From positions 15,929 to 79,928 of IMG/VR virus record IMGVR_UViG_3300025849_003059: a stretch of DNA of 64,000 bases. One strand, written 5' to 3'. How positions within the stretch are numbered: position 1 is the first letter of the stretch; every line of letters begins with the position of its first letter. This document shows positions 49,441-58,138 of this stretch, in pieces. The stretch is from a virus. Below the pieces are notes generated by a model, which worked only from the letters and a program-made list of their open reading frames with translations, was not told the origin of the DNA and did no database searches. The position numbers were made by a program, and so were the translations under genes.

Positions 49441-49598
49441 GAAAATATACTACAATACAGATAAAAAAAGAAACCCATGAACTCTTACAAGGGTATTGCA
49501 AGGAACATGGGTATAAATTAAGTGGTTTGGTTGAAACTCTGATTAAACAGAAAGTGGGTACACCAAAACCTCAGAATATTTTAAAGGTTAGAACTTAA
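49437..49598 (+). CDS. Ribbon-helix-helix (CopG/Arc-like) DNA-binding protein (53 aa)
   Basis: Hand translation MRKYTTIQIKKETHELLQGYCKEHGYKLSGLVETLIKQKVGTPKPQNILKVRT fits a beta-strand (TTIQI) plus two helices with a G turn. Not in the track. Confidence 0.7.
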   Translation: MRKYTTIQIKKETHELLQGYCKEHGYKLSGLVETLIKQKVGTPKPQNILKVRT

Positions 49599-52500
49599 CA
49601 TTTGAAAATCCATTTACCTTTTTAATTTCAATTAATCCATCTACAACATCTCTCATCGAGTCGATGTGTGATATTACCATAACGAAATCAAACTGTGTTT
49701 TAAGGTATGTAAACAACATAAAGAGGGATTGTAGGTTTTCACTATCTAATGTACCAAATCCTTCATCTATCACAAGGAAATTAGGTCTTGGAAGGTTACA
49801 TACATTTATTAGAGCAACTCTGATTGCTAAACCACTAATGAATCTTTCCATTCCACTACACATTTCCAAACTCCATCTTTGGTCTCCATACACAAGATAT
49901 GCATTAATATTTCTACCATCAATCTCTAACTGCATTCCAAACTCTACGATTTGTGCAAGGATATTGTTTACCTCACCTTCAATCATTGGTAAAGATTTCT
50001 CAATCAATTCATATGATACACCATCTTTACCAAGTGCATTTAAGTAAAAATCAAACAACTTAGATTGTTCTTCTAAATCTTTTACTTCTTGGATTCTATC
50101 TTCAATCGTTTCTTTTTGATTTTGAAGAGCAGATATCTTCCCATTTAATTTAAGAACATCACTATTGATTCTCTTTAATTCATCCTTTACGCCTGATTGT
50201 TTTTGTCTTACATCAGTAATCTGATTTCGTATCTCTTTATTCTTCTGAATTTGTTTTTCATTCTTGTAATACTCATCAATTAGTTGCGTTTGTTGTGTAA
50301 CTTGAGTATCTAAACGAATTTCTTCGGTTTCTGTTGTTGATAACTTGTTAATAAGTTGATAAATTTCTCTATCTAATTTATCTTCCTTATCTTTAGCATC
50401 TTTGTATTTATCCCATTCATCCGCATATCCCTTTAGAGAATCAATCTCAATACTCAAATCTAATTTTTCTTTCTCAACCTCTTGTAGATTACTTTCTATT
50501 TCTTTTATTTTAGAGTTAACACTATCCTTTTGTTCTAATATTGTTTGTGAATTTTCGATACAGATATCACAATTTTCATTATATTTGTGAGAATCTAAAT
50601 GTTCTTTTCGTTCATATAAAGAATCTTTTTTAATATTGATTTTATCAATTTCACCTTCAATAGTACCAATATTTGTTTTAAGGCTAGTTAATGTATTTAT
50701 TCCCTCTTCTAAATCTTCTTCATCAAATTTATCTAATATCTCTTCTAATACAATTTGTTGTTCTTCTCTAAAGGTTATCCTATCTTGTAAAGAACCTTTT
50801 GTTGTTTCGAGTCCTCCTACCTTCGTTTCGAGGTTTTTCAATCTTTTTTCTAATTCCTCGATTGAAACCCCGCTATCAGAATTTAACTTTACTATCTTTT
50901 CATTTAACTTAATAATTTGTCTATTAAGGATATCATCTTCTTCCTTCAAGGCTTTTTGAGACATCTCTAAAAGTTTGTACTCATTCTTGTCGGTTTTTAA
51001 TTCAGTGTCGATGTCTGCTAGTTTTTGAGTAAAATCATCAGACTTGAATTTTCTGATAAGTGTTGCATTATCCCTATTTTCATCAGATGCCTTTTGATAT
51101 AGTTTATCAAATATATCTACTCCAATGAATTGAGATAATATCTCCTTACGTTCCGATTGTGATTTATCAATGAATAGTGCGTTGTTTCCTTGTAGGGAAA
51201 GGGCAGTTAAAACGAAATCCTCAAACTTACCTAAGTATTTTTCAATGTTCTTATTAGTTTCTCTTCGTTGTTCTCCATTAAGTGATTCGATTACACCACC
51301 ATCTTCTTTCCAAAAAGATACATCTACCTTGAGATTGGTTTTCTTTCTTGTCCACTTAGCAGTTCGTTCTATAAAGTAATCTACCCCATCTATCTCAAAG
51401 TTAAACTTACAATAAAAGTTATCTTTACGATTGTTTAAAACGTTCTTAGAAACGTTTGTACGAGATGTTCTATCGTAGATACAGAATGAGAGTGCATCCC
51501 ACATAGATGATTTACCTGATGCGTTAGGAGCAAAGATACCCATGATACCTCTTGCGTTATCGAATCTGATAAGATTATCTTCCCCATAGGAGAACATATT
51601 AGAAAAGTTAAATTGTTTTGGTGTCCAAAGAATGTTGCCAGCAATTTCAGAGGTATCTATTTGTGTATTAAGTTCTGAATTGATATCTTGTATCTTATCT
51701 AATTCTTCTGCTTCTAATAGATACTGTCTTTCTAAGTAATCTCGTATTAGAGAATTTTGGAAAGTTGTATCTTTTACATCACCAACAATGTTTTTGTTTA
51801 CCTTTTGATTTGTCTTTAATTGTCCTATTGTATCGGTTCTTGTTACAGTAACTTCAGCAACTTTAAATAACTTCTTTAGTTCAGTTATTTTTCGTTTCAT
51901 ATCACTTGGTTCAGTATTGGTGAACCTTAATCTTAATCTTGGATACCTTGGAAGTTTAGTTCCAACCTCATCATATACCCATTGTGGTATTTCGCCATCT
52001 ACTACATCAACAGTTAAGAATCCATAATCGTTATGTAGATGATGTTCGGTGAAGGTTCGAGTGGGAACATCCCACAATAAGTAACCATGATTTTCGAGTA
52101 GTTCTCCATGATTCTGTTGAATCATCGAACCTGCGTAGGCAACCCACTCATATCCTTCTCCAAATGTCTGTCTTTTGTGTATATCTCCTAAGAGAGCCAT
52201 ATCATATCCATCAAACATATCTACTTTAAATGAATTGGATGATACAGTATAACCGATATCGGTCTGTGCTTTGTTTACTGGTCCATGAAATAAAACTATT
52301 TTATTTTCTCCGTCTACATCTTTTCCCTTCGGCCAGTTTTCCTTATCATCCATAATGGAATAAGGAACAAGAGTAAGATTATGAAGATTATAAACTCCAG
52401 TATCTTTAAGATAATGAATCCTATCGTTTTTAAGATTTTCAATAATTGGTGTAAGTACATCTAATCTATGTGAATTATTTAAATTACAATCGTGATTACC

Positions 52501-52746
52501 TGTAATCAATACAGTTTCACGCAACTTAGCACATTCTGTTAAGAACCAACTTATTTCTTGTACTAGTTCTGGTGACATCTCTGTTTTAGCATGAGCAATA
52601 TCACCCGCAAGATAAATAATAGAATCTTCTATTTTATCTTCTTTTACTTGTTTTAAAAATTTCTTAAATACTAATCTGTATTCTTTATGTCTTTGCAGAT
52701 TTCTAATATGTAAATCCGCAAGATGATAAATCTTATTTATAATCAT
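49588..52746 (-). CDS. Mre11/SbcD nuclease fused to Rad50/SbcC ATPase (T4 gp47+gp46 in one ORF)
   Basis: Phosphoesterase motifs DLH, GDIAH, GNHD, FHG and GDIH; Walker A APNASGKS; hook CDIC; signature CSGME; Walker B/D-loop IDEGFGTLD; H-loop ISH. Confidence 0.92.
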   Translation of the reverse strand: MIINKIYHLADLHIRNLQRHKEYRLVFKKFLKQVKEDKIEDSIIYLAGDIAHAKTEMSPELVQEISWFLTECAKLRETVLITGNHDCNLNNSHRLDVLTPIIENLKNDRIHYLKDTGVYNLHNLTLVPYSIMDDKENWPKGKDVDGENKIVLFHGPVNKAQTDIGYTVSSNSFKVDMFDGYDMALLGDIHKRQTFGEGYEWVAYAGSMIQQNHGELLENHGYLLWDVPTRTFTEHHLHNDYGFLTVDVVDGEIPQWVYDEVGTKLPRYPRLRLRFTNTEPSDMKRKITELKKLFKVAEVTVTRTDTIGQLKTNQKVNKNIVGDVKDTTFQNSLIRDYLERQYLLEAEELDKIQDINSELNTQIDTSEIAGNILWTPKQFNFSNMFSYGEDNLIRFDNARGIMGIFAPNASGKSSMWDALSFCIYDRTSRTNVSKNVLNNRKDNFYCKFNFEIDGVDYFIERTAKWTRKKTNLKVDVSFWKEDGGVIESLNGEQRRETNKNIEKYLGKFEDFVLTALSLQGNNALFIDKSQSERKEILSQFIGVDIFDKLYQKASDENRDNATLIRKFKSDDFTQKLADIDTELKTDKNEYKLLEMSQKALKEEDDILNRQIIKLNEKIVKLNSDSGVSIEELEKRLKNLETKVGGLETTKGSLQDRITFREEQQIVLEEILDKFDEEDLEEGINTLTSLKTNIGTIEGEIDKINIKKDSLYERKEHLDSHKYNENCDICIENSQTILEQKDSVNSKIKEIESNLQEVEKEKLDLSIEIDSLKGYADEWDKYKDAKDKEDKLDREIYQLINKLSTTETEEIRLDTQVTQQTQLIDEYYKNEKQIQKNKEIRNQITDVRQKQSGVKDELKRINSDVLKLNGKISALQNQKETIEDRIQEVKDLEEQSKLFDFYLNALGKDGVSYELIEKSLPMIEGEVNNILAQIVEFGMQLEIDGRNINAYLVYGDQRWSLEMCSGMERFISGLAIRVALINVCNLPRPNFLVIDEGFGTLDSENLQSLFMLFTYLKTQFDFVMVISHIDSMRDVVDGLIEIKKVNGFSNVKF

Positions 52747-53522
52747 AAAATTTTGTTTTCTTTAATGAACGAATAAAGTTCACTTGCAATTATTGTATAT
52801 CCTTCTTTGTTTGGATGTTGGGTGGCACGAGTATCATGCCTTTCTAAATGTTCCCAAATATCTTTTCTGTTTGTCATATTTAACAATTCTCTAAAAGTAA
52901 AATTTAAACCACCATAGATAGTAGATTTATCTATTTGATTTGTAAAATCATTTTTAAGAGGAGGTTGAACCATTTTTTCAAAAGATTCCATCATAACATA
53001 TTTTATGTTGTAATGTCTAAATAATTTTTGTAAAAAAATAATATAGTTTTGATTTGTTATATTATAATAATCTTGAGTAAATAATTCTGTAACGAAGAAT
53101 TTTTTATATTTTGTTAAAAAGTTATTAAATTTTGAGGAAACCCCATGTTCATCATATGAGTTATAAAATCTATCAGGCGTTTCTAATAAATGTTTTACAG
53201 ACCAAGATATCCACTCACCATCTGGTAAGTAAGGTACATAATCTCTTAGTGAAGATGAAAACATTACACAAACAAAATCATCAGATGTTACATTTCCATT
53301 CTCAATATCTTTAACTATATCATTAAACATTTTTCTGTTTGAATTTCCGCTAATACCTCTATTTAGATATTTTGGAATATTCAATTTATCAGAAAGAAAT
53401 TTAGGCCAGGAATTTTCATTTCTGAATATTCTTTTTTCATTTGGAGATAATGTTGATTCAATAGAAACATCTGCCCCTTCACCCTCTGTCCACGAACATC
53501 CATAGGATACTAATCTATTCAT
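52743..53522 (-). CDS. SGNH/GDSL-like hydrolase or acyltransferase
   Basis: GCSWTEG, RGISGNSN and QHPNKEG. Confidence 0.7.
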   Translation of the reverse strand: MNRLVSYGCSWTEGEGADVSIESTLSPNEKRIFRNENSWPKFLSDKLNIPKYLNRGISGNSNRKMFNDIVKDIENGNVTSDDFVCVMFSSSLRDYVPYLPDGEWISWSVKHLLETPDRFYNSYDEHGVSSKFNNFLTKYKKFFVTELFTQDYYNITNQNYIIFLQKLFRHYNIKYVMMESFEKMVQPPLKNDFTNQIDKSTIYGGLNFTFRELLNMTNRKDIWEHLERHDTRATQHPNKEGYTIIASELYSFIKENKIL

Positions 53523-54690
53523 ATAAAAATGTTTTTAAATGTGATTCTTGGTTTTTTCCATACTCTTCCATTTTATTAAAATTATGAATTAATCTTATTT
53601 TATTTTTTTGATAAATTTTATGTATTTCTAATTTATCTTTTGATAAAAATTTATTTAAGCATTCTAATTGTAATTTTACCAAATCTACTGTATTTAATGT
53701 ATCGCTCATATCCATTTCGAAAATATCATCAAATAAATCAAAATCAAGATTTTTTAAAAATTTATAAGTAAAACTATTTCCAATTATAAATGGAAATTGA
53801 AAAGTTAAAAAAGGTTTCCACAATTTTTCAGATGTATAAAAGGGAATTTTGTTTTCTACTTGTGTATCATTTACAATACCCACATAACTATTGTGTCTAT
53901 GAAGTAATTCTAATCTTGAATTTTTATTTGTAAAACTATATTTTGAATATTTTTTTATGTATTCTTCATTTCTATTTCTATCAAAACTAAAAGGAATTTT
54001 ATTTTTAGTTTCTTCAAGAAGTTTGTTATCTATCTCATCAAATGCACCAAATCCTAATATTTGGTCATGTAGAAAATTCCAATGTTCTTCACCATAGTTA
54101 TGTTTCATTGAAAAAGAAACCCACCCATCGTTTAAATTATTATTTTTTATAAGAGATTGGTATGTTAAAAACCTATCCCATCTTAAAAACCCAAATGGTG
54201 CTATAAATTTTTTATATTTTAGATTATCACTAAATGAATCAAATAAATATTTTGATACTTGTAAATCACTTGATTTAGAATAATTCCACGCATAGTAGTT
54301 AAACGAATCTGCAGATGTATTAAATACACATGGAGTAACAACTCTATAATTTTTTTTAGTAACTTTGTAATACAAATCATCTTCAGTAATTTTACTTACA
54401 ATATCGTAACAAAAAATTAAAAATGATAAATCTTTAAATTCATGTAATATTTTATCGTAATCACTATTAGTTGCATCGTAGTTTGAAAAATGGTCAAAAA
54501 CAATTAAATCATCTTTTGTTAAGGAATCTTTATGATTTCTTATAACTTCTTGTATATTCCATTCATGTGATGGTTTACACTCCGCAACATGAACATATGG
54601 AATATACAATGTATCTAGTATATCTTTTGTACACTTTAATTGAGATTCTTTTTTATTAATAGAATATTCTCCACCAAAATACTTTATCAT
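53515..54690 (-). CDS. TEK-family putative glycosyltransferase, paralogue 3
   Basis: VGIVNDT...FYTSEKLWKPFLTFQFPFIIG. Confidence 0.5.
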   Translation of the reverse strand: MIKYFGGEYSINKKESQLKCTKDILDTLYIPYVHVAECKPSHEWNIQEVIRNHKDSLTKDDLIVFDHFSNYDATNSDYDKILHEFKDLSFLIFCYDIVSKITEDDLYYKVTKKNYRVVTPCVFNTSADSFNYYAWNYSKSSDLQVSKYLFDSFSDNLKYKKFIAPFGFLRWDRFLTYQSLIKNNNLNDGWVSFSMKHNYGEEHWNFLHDQILGFGAFDEIDNKLLEETKNKIPFSFDRNRNEEYIKKYSKYSFTNKNSRLELLHRHNSYVGIVNDTQVENKIPFYTSEKLWKPFLTFQFPFIIGNSFTYKFLKNLDFDLFDDIFEMDMSDTLNTVDLVKLQLECLNKFLSKDKLEIHKIYQKNKIRLIHNFNKMEEYGKNQESHLKTFLYE

Positions 54691-55628
54691 AACCCTTTTA
54701 ATTTTTGTGAAATAATATCACCAAACCCAGTCTCTTCGGATTCTTTTAATTTAGTGTTCACTTCAGAGAACCCCATATCAGATGCATCTTTATCTGTGGG
54801 TTTTATATTTTTTGTATCGATTCCTTGATTCTGATATTGAACTGTATAATATAATGCTTGTTGTTGTGCATCTTCATCTAATAAAATATTAATACTTTTA
54901 ACTTCTTTTTCGTATATAGTATCATTTAATTTTTTTGGTACAAATTTACCAAGTAGCGGGATTGCATTTCTCTTCACAGCCATTGCATCAAATACTCCCT
55001 CTACTAAAGTAATGGGTTCATCCCAATTTATTTGATTCTCAAACATGATAACGTTTTTCGAAACCGGCGGATTCTTATACTTAAACGTTTCTTCATCGAA
55101 TACAGAACGTGCGATGAAGTAATTGAGTCTATTATCGCTATCATAACTTGGAATAATAATACGATTGGCATAATGGCCACCATCACAATAACCAATATTA
55201 TAGCGTTTAATATCCCCTTCGCTAATACCTCGTTTTCTTGCATATTCTTTCACCTTTCTGAACAATGGGTTAATACCCTTTGGTTCTATTAGAAGTGATT
55301 GAAACTCACTCGGTAACCTTAACTCTACCTTTTCTTCTTCGGTATTATTACTATATACAACATAATCATCACCATAAACCTCATATATCTTTTTTAACTT
55401 ACGAGAATCTACGTGCAATCTTCTAAGTAAACTTTGGATTCGTTTTCCCTTAGAATCACAAACCCAACAATGCCACTTTTGACTTTGTAAGTTTATCTGT
55501 AACTTTTTCTTGTGATGATGACAGAATGGGCAATAGTGTGCTTGTTCATCCCCTTTCATGGATGTACCTGGTCCTAAGACATCATCTAATATGTTTATAA
55601 CTGATTGTTTTTCGTGGTGTGAAAGCAT
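54687..55628 (-). CDS. DNA primase (T4 gp61-like)
   Basis: Zn finger CPFC...HCWVC, KYKNP and TOPRIM LVEGVFDA...LLDED. Confidence 0.9.
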   Translation of the reverse strand: MLSHHEKQSVINILDDVLGPGTSMKGDEQAHYCPFCHHHKKKLQINLQSQKWHCWVCDSKGKRIQSLLRRLHVDSRKLKKIYEVYGDDYVVYSNNTEEEKVELRLPSEFQSLLIEPKGINPLFRKVKEYARKRGISEGDIKRYNIGYCDGGHYANRIIIPSYDSDNRLNYFIARSVFDEETFKYKNPPVSKNVIMFENQINWDEPITLVEGVFDAMAVKRNAIPLLGKFVPKKLNDTIYEKEVKSINILLDEDAQQQALYYTVQYQNQGIDTKNIKPTDKDASDMGFSEVNTKLKESEETGFGDIISQKLKGL

Positions 55629-55648
55629 GGTTACTACTTTAAACTCTA

Positions 55649-55680
55649 CAAATATACGAAATTATTTCCAATTTTCCAAA
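55649..55680 (-). promoter_or_regulatory. Bacteroidota-type primary-sigma promoter (-33 TTTG, N20, -7 TATATTTG)
   Basis: Coding strand TTTG-gaaaattggaaataatttcg-TATATTTG upstream of primase. Confidence 0.7.
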
Positions 55681-56831
55681 TAATTTAAGAAATTTGTTTC
55701 AAGCCATTTTCTTTTATGTTTTTTATTTTTGTACAAATCTCTATTAAAATTACATATTTTTTCTATTTTATTATCATCCCATTTAGATAATAACTCTTCT
55801 GCTGCATCAGATACTGCTTGCATTCTCTCTGAATCTGATAGTGTATCATAGTTTTCATCAATACAAACATTAAATGTTTTAAAACCATAATCATTAATAT
55901 ATTTTAGAGTATTTTTTGTAGATACTACAACAAAAGGAACTCCATATGCTAGACATCTCCATGTTTTTTCTGATATATGTACTACATCTGAAAATCTTTG
56001 TTCTGGTTGTTTGTATATACTTTCAACAATTATATTTACTTTTGAATCAAATAACCATTTAACTTTTACACCATCAATCCCAACTTTTAGGTTTTTATTA
56101 ATTGGATATTCGTTTGGTAGTGTTTTTACTGTATTATCTCCAAGGTCTCCAAATAATTCTCTTCTAAAATCTATATTAAATTTGAAAAACTCAATGTTTA
56201 TTAAGTCAACTAACGTATATCTTAGTTTGTATTTTTTAAAAAAATTATTAGACCAAATCTTTTCTAAAAACTTTAATTTAAACTCTTTTACTGATTTATT
56301 AAGTATTAGAAAATCAGTTTGTGGTTTTTTTGTTCTATATTTTATTATATCGTCATCTGGTGAATTTATTGGGCTACCTGCGATAAAGTTTGTTTTTTCT
56401 ATTAATTTTTTATTTGAATACTCAGCTTTGTTAAAAGAATTAAAAAAGCCAGGATAATGAAGTATATTGAATTTATATTTTCTAAATTCAACTGTTTTAA
56501 ATTTATCTATTATAGAATTATTTGTTAAAAAAACAATATTATCTGTAAGTAATAAATTTTCTGTAAAATAATCAAGTATGATATCATACTCTCCAATATC
56601 TGGGTTTCCTTCTTGACTACAATCTACAATTATCTTTTTATTAGGATTTTTTAAAAATATACGTTTTATTGGTTCTGCGTTGTTTTTAAATTCATTAAAT
56701 GAAGTTATAAAGAAAGAACCTTCTGGTATTTCTTCATCAATTAATTCTTCAACAGTAGATAATCCAAGTATATCCAATAGGTCATAAACCAAAGGTGTAA
56801 AGGATTTAAAATTATAACAATAAAACTGCAT
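55662..56831 (-). CDS. TEK-family putative glycosyltransferase, paralogue 4
   Basis: FLILNK...VNIIVES...ISEKTWRCLAYGVPF...GFKTF...IDENYD. Confidence 0.5.
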   Translation of the reverse strand: MQFYCYNFKSFTPLVYDLLDILGLSTVEELIDEEIPEGSFFITSFNEFKNNAEPIKRIFLKNPNKKIIVDCSQEGNPDIGEYDIILDYFTENLLLTDNIVFLTNNSIIDKFKTVEFRKYKFNILHYPGFFNSFNKAEYSNKKLIEKTNFIAGSPINSPDDDIIKYRTKKPQTDFLILNKSVKEFKLKFLEKIWSNNFFKKYKLRYTLVDLINIEFFKFNIDFRRELFGDLGDNTVKTLPNEYPINKNLKVGIDGVKVKWLFDSKVNIIVESIYKQPEQRFSDVVHISEKTWRCLAYGVPFVVVSTKNTLKYINDYGFKTFNVCIDENYDTLSDSERMQAVSDAAEELLSKWDDNKIEKICNFNRDLYKNKKHKRKWLETNFLNYLENWK

Positions 56832-56859
56832 AATTAGTTTATATTATAAGGGTTACATA

Positions 56860-56891
56860 CAAATATACGAAAAATAATTTAATTTTCCAAA
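56860..56891 (-). promoter_or_regulatory. Bacteroidota-type primary-sigma promoter (-33 TTTG, N20, -7 TATATTTG)
   Basis: Coding strand TTTG-gaaaattaaattatttttcg-TATATTTG upstream of the 56831 start. Confidence 0.7.
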
Positions 56892-57352
56892 TCTTTTCTA
56901 AAAAACTTTCCTAAAAGGTTATCATTTAGTGATAATTCATCTGCTAGGACATCGTGTGAGAATTGTTCTTGCAGTTCATAATATGTAAGGGATTTCTTAC
57001 TAGAACAAAATCTAAGAATTCTTAATTCCAATCTATCATTGATATCATCCCTATTATCTTCTTTTAACAATCTTTCGTTTTCTTCAAACCAACCTTTAAC
57101 AACGTTATTAGATGAACGATACTCTTTCCAATCTGATTCTTTATGAACCATCTCATATTTTTTCATTCTTTTATCTTCTAATGCTGCTATTTCTCGTTTT
57201 CCGAACTTACGTTTTCTAATTGATACTACTTGTTTCTTTCCAATGTAGTATTCATCAGTTTTTCCATTTGTTATTTTGTAGATAAAACCAAAAGTTCCCT
57301 CTGGCATATCTGATAGTTCTGTTATTGGATGACCTTTATATGTCCATATCAT
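56879..57352 (-). CDS. GIY-YIG-like nuclease-domain protein
   Basis: GFIYKITN...YYIGKK...WKEYRSS. Likely start ATG at 57352 (MIWTYKG). Confidence 0.75.
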   Translation of the reverse strand: MIWTYKGHPITELSDMPEGTFGFIYKITNGKTDEYYIGKKQVVSIRKRKFGKREIAALEDKRMKKYEMVHKESDWKEYRSSNNVVKGWFEENERLLKEDNRDDINDRLELRILRFCSSKKSLTYYELQEQFSHDVLADELSLNDNLLGKFFRKDLEN

Positions 57353-57908
57353 AGTTAAAAATTTTGAAATCATTTAAGTACCTCTCTCGTACCCAAGTTA
57401 GAACATCCTTATCAATATATAGATGTTTGTAAAAATTGTATTGATTTAATTCTGGATGTTTATCATAAATTGGATTACGATTTAGATGTGGTATATTTTC
57501 ATTTGATTCTACTTTATCTAAAATAAAATTCACATCGTTTATGAAATTTTCATACCTACCAATAAAACTTACTTTTTTATCTTTGGTACTCCCATTTCGT
57601 ATAAAATAGCTTTGGGGAAAAAACAAATAATCATTTTTATCGATAGTTTCTATGAATCTATGTACTGACATAAATCCATCTTTTCTACATTGATGATTAT
57701 ATGCAGATGCAAATCGAGTGTAAGGATTTCTTACAAAACACATGATGTAGTAATCCTTTATGTTCTCAAATTTACCAATATGATTATGTGATTTAGAAAC
57801 CCATTCAGTACCCACTACGTTTTGTAGTACCGATGTAATAGATGTACCACCAGTTTTAGGTATATGAATAAATCCCCATTTTTTGGAACGATTTATTAAT
57901 AAACTCAA
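57336..57908 (-). CDS. Sulfotransferase (Sulfotransfer_2 family)
   Basis: 5'-PSB motif FIHIPKTGGTSI, 3'-PB motif FVRNPYTRFASAY and FIGRYEN; TTG start. Confidence 0.85.
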   Translation of the reverse strand: MSLLINRSKKWGFIHIPKTGGTSITSVLQNVVGTEWVSKSHNHIGKFENIKDYYIMCFVRNPYTRFASAYNHQCRKDGFMSVHRFIETIDKNDYLFFPQSYFIRNGSTKDKKVSFIGRYENFINDVNFILDKVESNENIPHLNRNPIYDKHPELNQYNFYKHLYIDKDVLTWVRERYLNDFKIFNYDMDI

Positions 57909-57918
57909 ATTATATAGT

Positions 57919-58107
57919 TTATAATTTTACGGTAGATGAATAAGGAGTTTGGTTTAACTTACCACCTCTTGCTGCTGCTAGAGCCTTTTCATCTTTTGAT
58001 AGTTTCTTTAAATCAAAATCTCCTGCTGATATTGGAGTTTTATCTTTTCCTTTATCTGCAAGTTTTGCAAATTCTGATTTGTCGTACAAGTCTTTAATTG
58101 AAGCCAT
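57919..58107 (-). CDS. Hypothetical protein (62 aa)
   Basis: ORF with an upstream AGGAAAA and TATTTATA motif. Confidence 0.7.
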   Translation of the reverse strand: MASIKDLYDKSEFAKLADKGKDKTPISAGDFDLKKLSKDEKALAAARGGKLNQTPYSSTVKL

Positions 58108-58128
58108 AGTTTGTTTTCCTTTGTATTA

Positions 58129-58136
58129 TATAAATA
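58129..58136 (-). promoter_or_regulatory. TATTTATA putative late-promoter motif
   Basis: Intergenic, upstream of the 58107 start. Confidence 0.6.
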
Positions 58137-58138
58137 TG

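Noticed and set aside
56879-57352. Mobile homing endonuclease or intron
   Set aside because: The flanking genes are intact, the ORF is short and lacks an obvious DNA-binding extension, and no intron structure is evident
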